From positions 1 to 17,096 of the forward strand of contig JBDRBN010000065.1 of NCBI GenBank assembly GCA_043822785.1: 17,096 nt of DNA, written 5' to 3'. Shown piece after piece: positions 9,188-17,080 of this stretch (the stretch's first letter is position 1; each line of letters starts with the position of its first letter). The DNA comes from Pseudomonadota bacterium (lineage in GTDB: Bacteria; UBA10199; 2-02-FULL-44-16; JAAZCA01). The notes beneath the pieces are model-generated. The model was not told where the DNA came from, did not search any database, and saw nothing but the letters and a program-made list of their open reading frames with translations. The position numbers were made by a program, and so were the translations under genes.

Positions 9188-9220
9188 AGAACCTCCGTTT
9201 ATCTAGCTAGTTCCTAAATA

Positions 9221-9314
9221 TGTCATCGCGAGCCCGTCGAAGTCGGACGTGGCGATCCCCGGAAATGAATGGGTTGCAGGAGATTGCTTCGGTCGTTCCT
9301 CCCTCGCAATGACA
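9221..9314. repeat. Complete palindromic REP/RPE-like element (94 bp)
   Basis: Terminal inverted repeats TGTCATCGCGAG / CTCGCAATGACA (1 mismatch); inner GGCGATCCCC...GGAGATTGCT imperfect stem; homologous to 1-65. Confidence 0.85.
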
Positions 9315-9418
9315 CAAAGGCCTTTTTCAGACAGCCCATAGGTAGCAGAATTATTAGTCTGAGTCCATGCTGCAGATTTTGCATGAAAATTGTCTCAGCA
9401 TGGGGTAATAATACATAG

Positions 9419-10828
9419 ATGGATAAGCGCACAAAGATCATAGCCACAATTGGCCCTGCATCATCCAAGGCTGCCATTATCGAGCGCATGGTGTTAAACG
9501 GCATGGATATTGCCAGGCTAAACCTCTCACACGGCACCCACCAGGAACACGCAGCTGTTATCAAGCGCATCCGCGACTTTGAAAAAAAATCGGGAAGGCA
9601 CGTGGGCATACATGCCGACCTTGGTGGGCCAAAGATCCGCACAGGAATCATACCTGGCGATGCGCCGCTTGATCTCAAGAGGGGCGATGCCATCGTGTTT
9701 GCGCCTGAAAACAGCGCGCGCGGCAACGAGATCCCTATCACCTTTCCTGATCTGGCTCGTGACGTTAAAGAAGGCAACAAGCTTCTTTTGGACGACGGAA
9801 ACCTATCGGTTGAGGTAAAATCAGTAGAGGGCGACAAGATACACGCAATCGTAATCGACGGCGGTGTGCTCAAAGATCATAAAGGCATAAATCTCCCAGG
9901 GCTCGTACTCTCCACATCCGCAGTAACCAAAAAAGATCTAAAGGATCTGACCTTTGCCCTATCTGCAAAGGTCGATTTTATAGGTGTCTCGTTCGTTCAA
10001 AAAGCTGAGGACATCGAGATAGTAAAGAAAGTTATGAAGAAAGCTGGTCGGGTTGTGCCTGTGGTTGCAAAGATCGAGCGCAGCATTGCTGTGAAGAATT
10101 TGGAAGAGATAGCCCAGGCAGCAGATGCTGTGATGGTAGCCAGGGGTGATCTTGGCGTTGAAACGCCAATGACAGAAGTGCCGCTTTTGCAAAAGGACAT
10201 CATCGCTGCAACTTTATCCAAGCGTAAGCCTGTGATAGTGGCAACGCAAATGCTTGAAAGCATGATCTCGCACTCAAGGCCCACTCGCGCTGAAGTTACC
10301 GATGTATCAAACGCCGTGTTTGAGAGCGCAGATGCAGTCATGCTCTCTGCAGAAACATCTATAGGTTGCGACCCACCAAACGCTGTATCCACCATGAAAA
10401 AGATCGTCATGGCTACTGAAGAAAGCCGCTACCAGCCCAGGGGTTCTTATGTGCCAGATCTGCACGACGATACTGTAGAGATGGCAACTGCCCGCGCTGC
10501 ATGCTTTGCAGCTGAAGAGGTGAATGCAAAGGCATTAGTGGTGTTCACATCAACAGGCAATACAGCAAGGCTTGTGTCTTCACAGAGACCACTCGTGGAT
10601 ATCATCGCCACAACCTATAGCGATGATGTAGCAAGGCGCACACAACTCTATTGGGGAATTGAATCAGTGAAGATCCCTAAGTGGACGTCTATTGATTCCA
10701 TGATAAATACGAGCCTCAAGAAGATGCGCGCTAGCGGCAAGATCAAAAATAACGACACTATCGTTGTGACGTGCGGCAACACCGCAGTAGCCGGCGCCAC
10801 AAATATGATCAAGGTGTTAAAGGTTTAG
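9419..10828 (+). CDS. pyk: Pyruvate kinase
   Basis: [71 protein letters not shown]. Confidence 0.97.
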   Translation: MDKRTKIIATIGPASSKAAIIERMVLNGMDIARLNLSHGTHQEHAAVIKRIRDFEKKSGRHVGIHADLGGPKIRTGIIPGDAPLDLKRGDAIVFAPENSARGNEIPITFPDLARDVKEGNKLLLDDGNLSVEVKSVEGDKIHAIVIDGGVLKDHKGINLPGLVLSTSAVTKKDLKDLTFALSAKVDFIGVSFVQKAEDIEIVKKVMKKAGRVVPVVAKIERSIAVKNLEEIAQAADAVMVARGDLGVETPMTEVPLLQKDIIAATLSKRKPVIVATQMLESMISHSRPTRAEVTDVSNAVFESADAVMLSAETSIGCDPPNAVSTMKKIVMATEESRYQPRGSYVPDLHDDTVEMATARAACFAAEEVNAKALVVFTSTGNTARLVSSQRPLVDIIATTYSDDVARRTQLYWGIESVKIPKWTSIDSMINTSLKKMRASGKIKNNDTIVVTCGNTAVAGATNMIKVLKV

Positions 10829-12871
10829 GGCTGCAAGGGCTTCGTTTGGATCAGTTGTTGGCGCAAGGCAATGCCTGCCCTTGCATACGTATGCCGTGGC
10901 TTTGCCGTCAATGCTTTGGCACTGTTTGGTAAAATGCGACAGTTCATCGATCTTTGGATGCCCTTCACTTTCATCACGAAACAACAGCACCATGTCAGGC
11001 AAATATGGCTTGTGCAATTGATCGATCATGTTCCTTGCATCCTGCGCTTTCGGATCTCCTGCAACTATCACATCCATCGATGGGCCGATAGCGCAGTCCA
11101 CAGCGCTCAGTAGATGACAAAAGCCTGTCGGCGCCGTTCTCACCTGTGAAGCAAAAGTTTGTGCTATGGAGGCTGCCATCCTTTCATAAGCAGTTTCGCC
11201 TGTTATGCGCGAAATCAAAAGCAGATTTCGCATATGAGTCGAATTTGCAGAAGGCACAGCGCTATCAAACGCATCGGCAAGTCGCACTGGCAGATCAGTA
11301 TCATCATTAGCCTGCAACATGATGCACCCTTGCTCGGCATTCCAATGATTGGAAATAAAATGTTCATTGAGCTCGAGCGCAGATGATAGATAACGTATAT
11401 CCAATGATGATTGATACAGCTCTAAAAGCCCCCAAATCATAAAAGCATAATCATCAGCAAAAGCCTTAATTGGCTCCTGTGCATCCCTAAGGCTGTGAAA
11501 AAGCCGCCCTTCGCTAGCCCTCATATGCGCGAGTATAAAATTTGCGGTACTCTCGGCTTCATCAAGATATTTATTTTCTCCAAAAGCCCTATAAGCTTTG
11601 GAAAGAGCAACGATCATTAGGCCGTTTAAATCTGCAAGCACCTTGTCATCTAATTTAGGATGATCTCGTTTATCTCGCGCGCTCAAAAGAAGCTCGAGGC
11701 TTTCGTTCACCTCGTGCATAAATTGATCAGGATCAATAGAATGTTTGGCAGCCAAATTTTCGATTGGCTCCCTCATATATAAGATATTTGCTGCATCTTC
11801 TTTGTCGTTTAATCCATAGACGAGCGAGAATAGTTCAAGCTGATTGGGATTCAAAACACGCCTCAGTTCCTTTGTAGTCCACACATAGAATGCACCTTCG
11901 CCTTTCTTGTTGTCAGCCCCTTCTGCACTACAAAATCCTTTGCCAGGCGAGCTCAGAACTCGCATAGCATAATCAAGCGTACGCGCCGCAGTTTTTCGAA
12001 ACCCATCTCTACGTGTTATTTGCCATGCCTCTATATATGCTATGGCAATTAGCGCCTGGTCACCGAGCATCTTCTCAAAGTGAGGTATACGCCACTGGCT
12101 ATCTGTGCTGTAGCGGTAAAAGCCTCCTCCAACATGATCATGAATACCACCCATGCGCACGGCATTAAGAGTTTGCTCCACCATACTAAGCGCGCCTGCA
12201 TTGCCCGTTCGTTTGTAATAACGAAGTAAAAATGTAAGATTGTAAGGAGAAGGAAATTTTGGAGCTTGTCCAAAGCCACCGTGCTGCTTATCAAAAGACT
12301 TCTTAAGCTGCTCATATGCGAGTTTAAGATCATCTTTATCAAGCGCAGAACTTGGCACCAAACCCATGTTTTGATCTATTGTCGAAACTACATCGTTTGC
12401 GCTCGCCATAAGTTCAGCGCGCCTTGTTGCCCACATATCACGCGCGCGCGGCAAAATCTCTACAAGGCCCGCTCTTCCAAAAGAATTGTTTTTAGGAATA
12501 TAGGTTGCAGCAAAGAAAGGCTGCTTTTGAGGCGTCATCATTACGCTAAGAGGCCATCCACCGCTCCCTGAGAGCATCTGAGCTGCCTTCATATATAGCG
12601 CGTCTATGTCAGGCCGTTCTTCTCGATCCACCTTTATGCACACGAACGAATCGTTGAGGAGCTTTGCTACATCAGGGTCCTCAAACGATTCGCGCTCCAT
12701 GACAAGGCACCAGTGGCAAGCCAAGTAGCCAACGGATAGAAAGATGGGTTTGTCCTCTTTGGCTGCTTTTTCAAATGCCTCTTCTCCCCACGGATACCAG
12801 TCTACTGGATTGTAGGCGTGCTCAAGGAGGTAGGGGCTTCTCTCAGCTATAAGCCTGTTTGCATGCTTCAT
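10817..12871 (-). CDS. YyaL/SSP411 (SPATA20)-family protein: thioredoxin-like domain plus six-hairpin glycosidase-like domain
   Basis: [76 protein letters not shown]. Confidence 0.93.
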   Translation of the reverse strand: MKHANRLIAERSPYLLEHAYNPVDWYPWGEEAFEKAAKEDKPIFLSVGYLACHWCLVMERESFEDPDVAKLLNDSFVCIKVDREERPDIDALYMKAAQMLSGSGGWPLSVMMTPQKQPFFAATYIPKNNSFGRAGLVEILPRARDMWATRRAELMASANDVVSTIDQNMGLVPSSALDKDDLKLAYEQLKKSFDKQHGGFGQAPKFPSPYNLTFLLRYYKRTGNAGALSMVEQTLNAVRMGGIHDHVGGGFYRYSTDSQWRIPHFEKMLGDQALIAIAYIEAWQITRRDGFRKTAARTLDYAMRVLSSPGKGFCSAEGADNKKGEGAFYVWTTKELRRVLNPNQLELFSLVYGLNDKEDAANILYMREPIENLAAKHSIDPDQFMHEVNESLELLLSARDKRDHPKLDDKVLADLNGLMIVALSKAYRAFGENKYLDEAESTANFILAHMRASEGRLFHSLRDAQEPIKAFADDYAFMIWGLLELYQSSLDIRYLSSALELNEHFISNHWNAEQGCIMLQANDDTDLPVRLADAFDSAVPSANSTHMRNLLLISRITGETAYERMAASIAQTFASQVRTAPTGFCHLLSAVDCAIGPSMDVIVAGDPKAQDARNMIDQLHKPYLPDMVLLFRDESEGHPKIDELSHFTKQCQSIDGKATAYVCKGRHCLAPTTDPNEALAALNL

Positions 12872-12879
12872 GGAGTTTT

Positions 12880-13596
12880 TTACTCGCCAGACTCAAGGCC
12901 GGTAAGTGCCTCGCAAGCTGCGGCTTGTTCAGCAGCCTTTTTGCTAGGCCCTTTTCCAACGCCCATGAGGCTGTCGTTGATATACAGATGAACTTCAAAT
13001 ATCTTTGCATGATCAGGTCCGTATGTACTTTGAAGCCTGTAGCGGGGCACCGCTCGAAAACGAGCCTGCGATATTTCCTGAAGCCTGGTCTTGAAATCGC
13101 GAACAAATCCTACTCCTCCTGCGCGATCCAGCACGTCATCATATATACTTTCGATCACCTTAAAAGCTTTGCCAAAACCCTTATCAATGTATATCGCGCC
13201 CAAAATGGCTTCGAATGCATCTGACAAAAGCGATGGCTTATCCCGACCACCAGTCTGATCCTCACCCTTTCCAAGATAAAGGTATTCGCCCAGGTCAAGC
13301 GTTCTGGCCAGCTCAGCTAATTGCGTTTCATTGACTACTGCTGCCCGCAGTTTTGAAAGCTCGCCCTCTGGAAAATCAGGAAAGCGCTCCATGAGGATAT
13401 GGCTTATAGAGAGCTCAAGCACTGCATCGCCTAAATACTCGTAGCGCTCGTTATGTTCAGTAGCTGGAAGCTTCTGCTCGTTTGCATAAGACTTATGCAT
13501 CAGAGCGCGCTTGAGGTGTTTCTTGCGCTTAAAGCGATATCCGAGTGTCTTTTCGAGCTGTTTGAACCTTGCCTTTTCGTTTGAACTGATTCCCAT
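12880..13596 (-). CDS. rnc: Ribonuclease III
   Basis: [13 protein letters not shown] signature, [25 protein letters not shown]-terminal ds[11 protein letters not shown]...GPDH...[10 protein letters not shown]; Shine-Dalgarno GAGAGG. Confidence 0.97.
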   Translation of the reverse strand: MGISSNEKARFKQLEKTLGYRFKRKKHLKRALMHKSYANEQKLPATEHNERYEYLGDAVLELSISHILMERFPDFPEGELSKLRAAVVNETQLAELARTLDLGEYLYLGKGEDQTGGRDKPSLLSDAFEAILGAIYIDKGFGKAFKVIESIYDDVLDRAGGVGFVRDFKTRLQEISQARFRAVPRYRLQSTYGPDHAKIFEVHLYINDSLMGVGKGPSKKAAEQAAACEALTGLESGE

Positions 13597-14903
13597 ATTC
13601 CTCTCACATTTTGTTCTGTAATGTCCGTTATGATCGCCTTGCCCATCTTACCATATGGCACCACACCTTTTGGGAGTGAGATATGAACTCCATTTTCTGC
13701 AACGCCTTCTACAGATCCATCATCACGAGGCCGCTTTGATGTAACTATTACATCCATAGAGTTTCCAATCAAGCTTTCAAGATATCTCCTTCGCAAGCTC
13801 AATGCCACCTTTCTGACCTCAAATGCCCTTCTACGCTTTATGTCATGTGGAACTTGTCCATCCATCTTAGCTGCCAAGGTTCTGCTGCGCGCTGAAAAAG
13901 GAAACACGTGAAGGCCTGCTAGCGGAAGCGCTGTTAATGTATCGAGTGTTTGCTTGTGATCATCTTCGCTCTCACCTGGAAAGCCTGCTATCACATCACC
14001 TGTTATGGCTATACCAGGTATATTCTGCACAAGAAGCCCTGCTGCGCGCTTAACATCAGTAGCAGAGTAACATCTTCCCATATGCTGCAGCACATTATCT
14101 GAGCAGCTCTGTATGGATAGGTGCACGTGAGGACAAAAATTGCCTGTGGCTAAGAGTTCAATGATCTCGCAGCTAATATCATTTGGAGCTAAAGAACTAA
14201 GCCTAAGCCTTGCCAAACCTTGCTCACTCGTAAGCTTCTTAAGGAGTGTTACAAGAGAGGTGCCATCTTCAAGATCTTTACCATATTGGCCAATATCTAT
14301 TCCGGCCAGAACTATCTCGCGGTGATGTTGCGTTAGCTTAAGGCAAAGCTGAGTCACTTCCTCCAATGGCAGACTTTTGCTTTTGCCACGAGCCATTTGT
14401 ATTATGCAGTATGTACAGCTCTTATCACACCCTTCTTGTATTTTGATAAAAGCCCTAGCGCGCGACTGAGGGTCTAGTGGCGCATCGACAATAGCGTCTC
14501 TTTGGACCTCGGGGATCCTTCGGGAGCAAGCGCCCTCAGGATGACCTCTCGGGAAAGAACTTCCCGAGAGGTCAAACAAATATTCTACGAGTGCTTTGCG
14601 ATCTTTGGTGCCAAACACCCGGTCCACCTCTTTAAGCGATGCAAGTTCGTCCTTTGACATCTCGCCATAGCAGCCTGTCGCTACAACATGAGCATCAGGA
14701 GATCTTCGCTTGGCCCTGCGCAGCATTTGGCGGGACTGCGAATCAGCAAGCGCTGTAACCGTACATGTATTGACAACATAGATATCAGCAAGAGTATCGA
14801 AGCTGACAATCTGAAATCCTGCAAACGAAAGCGTTTGAATCAAAGCTTCTGTGTCAGACCAATTGGCCTTACAACCAAGTGTAGTGAATGCTATTCTTTT
14901 CAT
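13500..14903 (-). CDS. mtaB: tRNA t6A37 methylthiotransferase MtaB (radical SAM)
   Basis: UPF0004 cysteines TLGCKAN, NTCTVT, TGCYG; radical SAM motif CDKSCTYC; GFPGES; HVFPFSAR. Start set at 14903 (MKRIAF), overlapping the mnmA stop (ATGA). The 3' end overlaps rnc by 97 nt. Confidence 0.9.
   Translation of the reverse strand: MKRIAFTTLGCKANWSDTEALIQTLSFAGFQIVSFDTLADIYVVNTCTVTALADSQSRQMLRRAKRRSPDAHVVATGCYGEMSKDELASLKEVDRVFGTKDRKALVEYLFDLSGSSFPRGHPEGACSRRIPEVQRDAIVDAPLDPQSRARAFIKIQEGCDKSCTYCIIQMARGKSKSLPLEEVTQLCLKLTQHHREIVLAGIDIGQYGKDLEDGTSLVTLLKKLTSEQGLARLRLSSLAPNDISCEIIELLATGNFCPHVHLSIQSCSDNVLQHMGRCYSATDVKRAAGLLVQNIPGIAITGDVIAGFPGESEDDHKQTLDTLTALPLAGLHVFPFSARSRTLAAKMDGQVPHDIKRRRAFEVRKVALSLRRRYLESLIGNSMDVIVTSKRPRDDGSVEGVAENGVHISLPKGVVPYGKMGKAIITDITEQNVRGIWESVQTKRQGSNSSKRHSDIALSARNTSSAL
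14501..14576. repeat. Palindromic element lying in frame inside mtaB
   Basis: GGATCCTTCGGGAGCAAGCGCCCTCAGGATGAC followed by a perfect 14-bp hairpin TGACCTCTCGGGAA-AGAAC-TTCCCGAGAGGTCA (14542-14574); same layout as 3250-3335. Confidence 0.8.
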
Positions 14904-15970
14904 TCTATCCATCCACCGCCTAACACCTCATCCCCATCATAGAAAACAGCAGCTTGACCCGGAGCAATAGCTCTAACAGGTTCGGCAAACGTGACCCTCA
15001 CGCCTCCATCGTTTCTCACATCGATCGATGCGCGAACACCGTCATGCGCAGAGCGAATCTTCACCGTGGCTTCGCTCTTGAGCGCACATGATGGATGAAT
15101 CCAGTTTACATTCCTCACCTTCATGTCGCGGCGCATGAGATCGGCATTTGAACCCAATACCACGCGATTATTTGTTCGATCTATGGACACCACATACTTT
15201 CTGAAACCTCCACCCAAACCCAGGCCTCTGCGCTGCCCAACTGTATATGCATGTATGCCCTTGTGCTTTCCTATCCTCCTGCCATTTGTGTCAATAAAAT
15301 CACCAGGTCCTGGTAGCTTTGCACATGCAACCCCTTCCAAATAACCGCTGTAGTCATCGTCGGGAACAAAACATATCTCTTGGCTCTCGGGTTTGTTTTG
15401 AACTGGAAGACCTTTTACTCGTGCAATGGTGCGCACCTCAGACTTTGTCATTTTGCCAAGTGGAAAAATAATTCGTGAAAGCAGCTTTTGTGTGAGGCAC
15501 CACAGAAAATATGACTGATCCTTTTCCTTATCGTTTGCACGAAATAGTCTGAATATATCACCATCGCTAACAACTCGCGCATAATGACCCGTAGCTATGA
15601 AGTTTGCACCTAAGCGCTTAGCTTCAAGATCAAGCATGGGAAACTTGATGTATTCGTTGCAGCGCACGCAGGGCGATGGCGTTCGACCGGAGAGATATTC
15701 CTCAACAAAAGGATTTATCACTGTTTCTTTAAAAAGGCTGCAACAGTCAAGAACACTATGGGAGATACCAAGGCTTTCGCATACGGCCCTCGCATCCATC
15801 CTATCACTGGCCGAGCAGCAATTCCGATCCTTTTTCCTGTGGCATGTGACCAGGTTCATGGATAAACCTGTCACATCACAACCCTGCTCTGCAAGAAGAG
15901 CTGCGGCAACTGATGAATCCACACCACCACTCATGGCAATGAGAACTTTTTTAGGTTCGAGGGAATACAT
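14900..15970 (-). CDS. mnmA: tRNA 2-thiouridine(34) synthase MnmA
   Basis: PP-loop AMSGGVDSS, NCCS, PSPCVRCN, ATGHY, KDQSYFL, ESQEICF, YTVGQRRGLG, PGQAAVFY. Start set at the ATG at 15970; the ORF-track extension is translated repeat. Confidence 0.96.
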   Translation of the reverse strand: MYSLEPKKVLIAMSGGVDSSVAAALLAEQGCDVTGLSMNLVTCHRKKDRNCCSASDRMDARAVCESLGISHSVLDCCSLFKETVINPFVEEYLSGRTPSPCVRCNEYIKFPMLDLEAKRLGANFIATGHYARVVSDGDIFRLFRANDKEKDQSYFLWCLTQKLLSRIIFPLGKMTKSEVRTIARVKGLPVQNKPESQEICFVPDDDYSGYLEGVACAKLPGPGDFIDTNGRRIGKHKGIHAYTVGQRRGLGLGGGFRKYVVSIDRTNNRVVLGSNADLMRRDMKVRNVNWIHPSCALKSEATVKIRSAHDGVRASIDVRNDGGVRVTFAEPVRAIAPGQAAVFYDGDEVLGGGWIE

Positions 15971-15976
15971 AGTAAT

Positions 15977-16060
15977 GCAAGCAACGCCAGCAACGCGAGA
16001 AACACCAGCAACGTAGTTCTTCACGTTGCTCGCTTTTCTCGCGTGTCTCGCCTTTCTCGC
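15977..16060. repeat. Inverted pair of degenerate 9-mer tandem arrays between cysE and mnmA
   Basis: GCAAGCAAC GCCAGCAAC GCGAGAAAC ACCAGCAAC GT-(8 nt)-AC GTTGCTCGC TTTTCTCGC GTGTCTCGC CTTTCTCGC; perfect inner stem AGCAACGT/ACGTTGCT. Confidence 0.8.
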
Positions 16061-16061
16061 T

Positions 16062-16730
16062 TTATTGTTCCTTTCCTTCCAAATACGTAAGCCTGCGGTT
16101 TAGCTCGTCAACGCTTGCGCGAAGACTCTTGAGCGCCTCGCCAAAAGGATCGGGAAGGGTTCCGTGATCAAGGTCGTAATGATGTACGCCGTGCTCGTCC
16201 ACGATCGGTTCCCTACGATGCACAACTGTTCCAGGAATGCCTACTACTGTGGAATGGCTCGGCACATCGTGAATGACAACAGAGCACGATCCAATGCGGC
16301 TATCGTGTTCGATCCTGATAGGGCCCAATACGATGGCTCCTGCGCCTATTACGACCTTGTCATCTATCGTGGGATGTCTTTTGCCTTTGCTCCAGCTTGT
16401 TCCTCCTAGAGTTACTCCCTGGTATATAGTTACATCATCGCCTATTTCAGTTGTCTCGCCAATGACCACACCCATGCCATGATCGATGAAAAAATGCTTT
16501 CCTATACGTGCGCCGGGATGGATCTCAATGCCTGTGATCCATCTTGAAAAGTGTGATATTATGCGAGCGATGAGTTTTAGTCGAAGCATCCATAGCGAAT
16601 GAGAGATTCTGTGAAGCACAAGGGCATGTAGGCCAGGATAGCATAAAATAATTTCCAACCTTGAGCGAGCCGCAGGATCGCGATCAAAGATCATCGCAAA
16701 ATCATCCCTGATAGTTCTTAAAAGCCCCAT
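16062..16730 (-). CDS. cysE: Serine O-acetyltransferase
   Basis: RDPAARS..E...[54 protein letters not shown]-terminal LPDP. Confidence 0.96.
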   Translation of the reverse strand: MGLLRTIRDDFAMIFDRDPAARSRLEIILCYPGLHALVLHRISHSLWMLRLKLIARIISHFSRWITGIEIHPGARIGKHFFIDHGMGVVIGETTEIGDDVTIYQGVTLGGTSWSKGKRHPTIDDKVVIGAGAIVLGPIRIEHDSRIGSCSVVIHDVPSHSTVVGIPGTVVHRREPIVDEHGVHHYDLDHGTLPDPFGEALKSLRASVDELNRRLTYLEGKEQ

Positions 16731-16776
16731 TGTTATTCACCATTATCAGCAAGCAGCTTTATAGCCTAATAGTTTA

Positions 16777-16842
16777 AGAAGTCAGAAGCTAGAAGTTAGA
16801 AGCCAGAAATATCTGTCCTCTATCTTCTGACCTCTGACTTCT
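16777..16842. repeat. Inverted pair of degenerate heptamer arrays downstream of the tRNA locus
   Basis: AGAAGTC AGAAGCT AGAAGTT AGAAGCC AGAAATA | TCTGTCC TCTATCT TCTGACC TCTGACT TCT. Confidence 0.78.
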
Positions 16843-16846
16843 TTCT

Positions 16847-16893
16847 TGGTCGGGGCGGTCGGATCCCCCACCGACGACCTCTTGCACCCCAAG
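16847..16893 (-). pseudogene. Duplicated 3' half of tRNA-Pro (att-like fragment) with an altered T-loop
   Basis: Identical to 16945-16990 (anticodon loop to CCA) except that T-loop TTCAAAT is replaced by TGGGGGAT. Confidence 0.85.
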
Positions 16894-17080
16894 TCCCGAA
16901 ATGGCAAAAGATTTTGCTCTCCATATCTACTTATTAATGTCTTTTGGTCGGGGCGGTCGGATTTGAACCGACGACCTCTTGCACCCCAAGCAAGCACTCT
17001 AGTCCAAGCTGAGCTACGCCCCGACCAAAAGACACAGTTATCATTTTTAAAGAGCAAAATCTTTTCTGCCATTTCGAGGA
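16894..17080. repeat. Nested inverted repeats enclosing tRNA-Pro
   Basis: Outer pair CGAAATGGCAAAAGATTTTGCTCT (16897-16920) and AGAGCAAAATCTTTTCTGCCATTTCG (17051-17076), differing by one 2-nt indel. Inner perfect 18-bp pair TGTCTTTTGGTCGGGGCG (16938-16955) / CGCCCCGACCAAAAGACA (17017-17034). Confidence 0.85.
16945..17023 (-). tRNA. tRNA-Pro(GGG)
   Basis: Cloverleaf CGGGGCG TA GCTC AGCTTGGACTA GAGT G CTTGC TT-GGG-GT GCAAG AGGTC GTCGG TTCAAAT CCGAC CGCCCCG A CCA; 79 nt with encoded CCA. Confidence 0.97.

Noticed and set aside
9264..9276. IHF-like sites (AATGAATGGGTTG in the element loop; TTTCAACCAGTTA at 95-107)
   Set aside because: Each has a mismatch to the degenerate WATCAANNNNTTR consensus, and the loop of the other element copy does not match; chance cannot be excluded.
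9223..9873. 216-aa minus-strand ORF, plus the other ORFs antisense to bamA, lol, lysS, era, pyk, yyaL, rnc, mtaB, mnmA and cysE
   Set aside because: Antisense shadows of well-supported genes with no recognisable motifs.
15971..16024. N-terminal extension of MnmA (MKNYVAGVSRVAGVACIT)
   Set aside because: It is the translation of the 9-mer repeat arm; MnmA homology starts at KKVLIAMSGG.
16847..16893. A second functional tRNA-Pro
   Set aside because: It lacks the 5' acceptor strand, the D-arm and the TTC T-loop.
16782..17072. 96-aa minus-strand ORF
   Set aside because: It runs through the tRNA, its duplicate and the heptamer repeats, so it is a shadow ORF.
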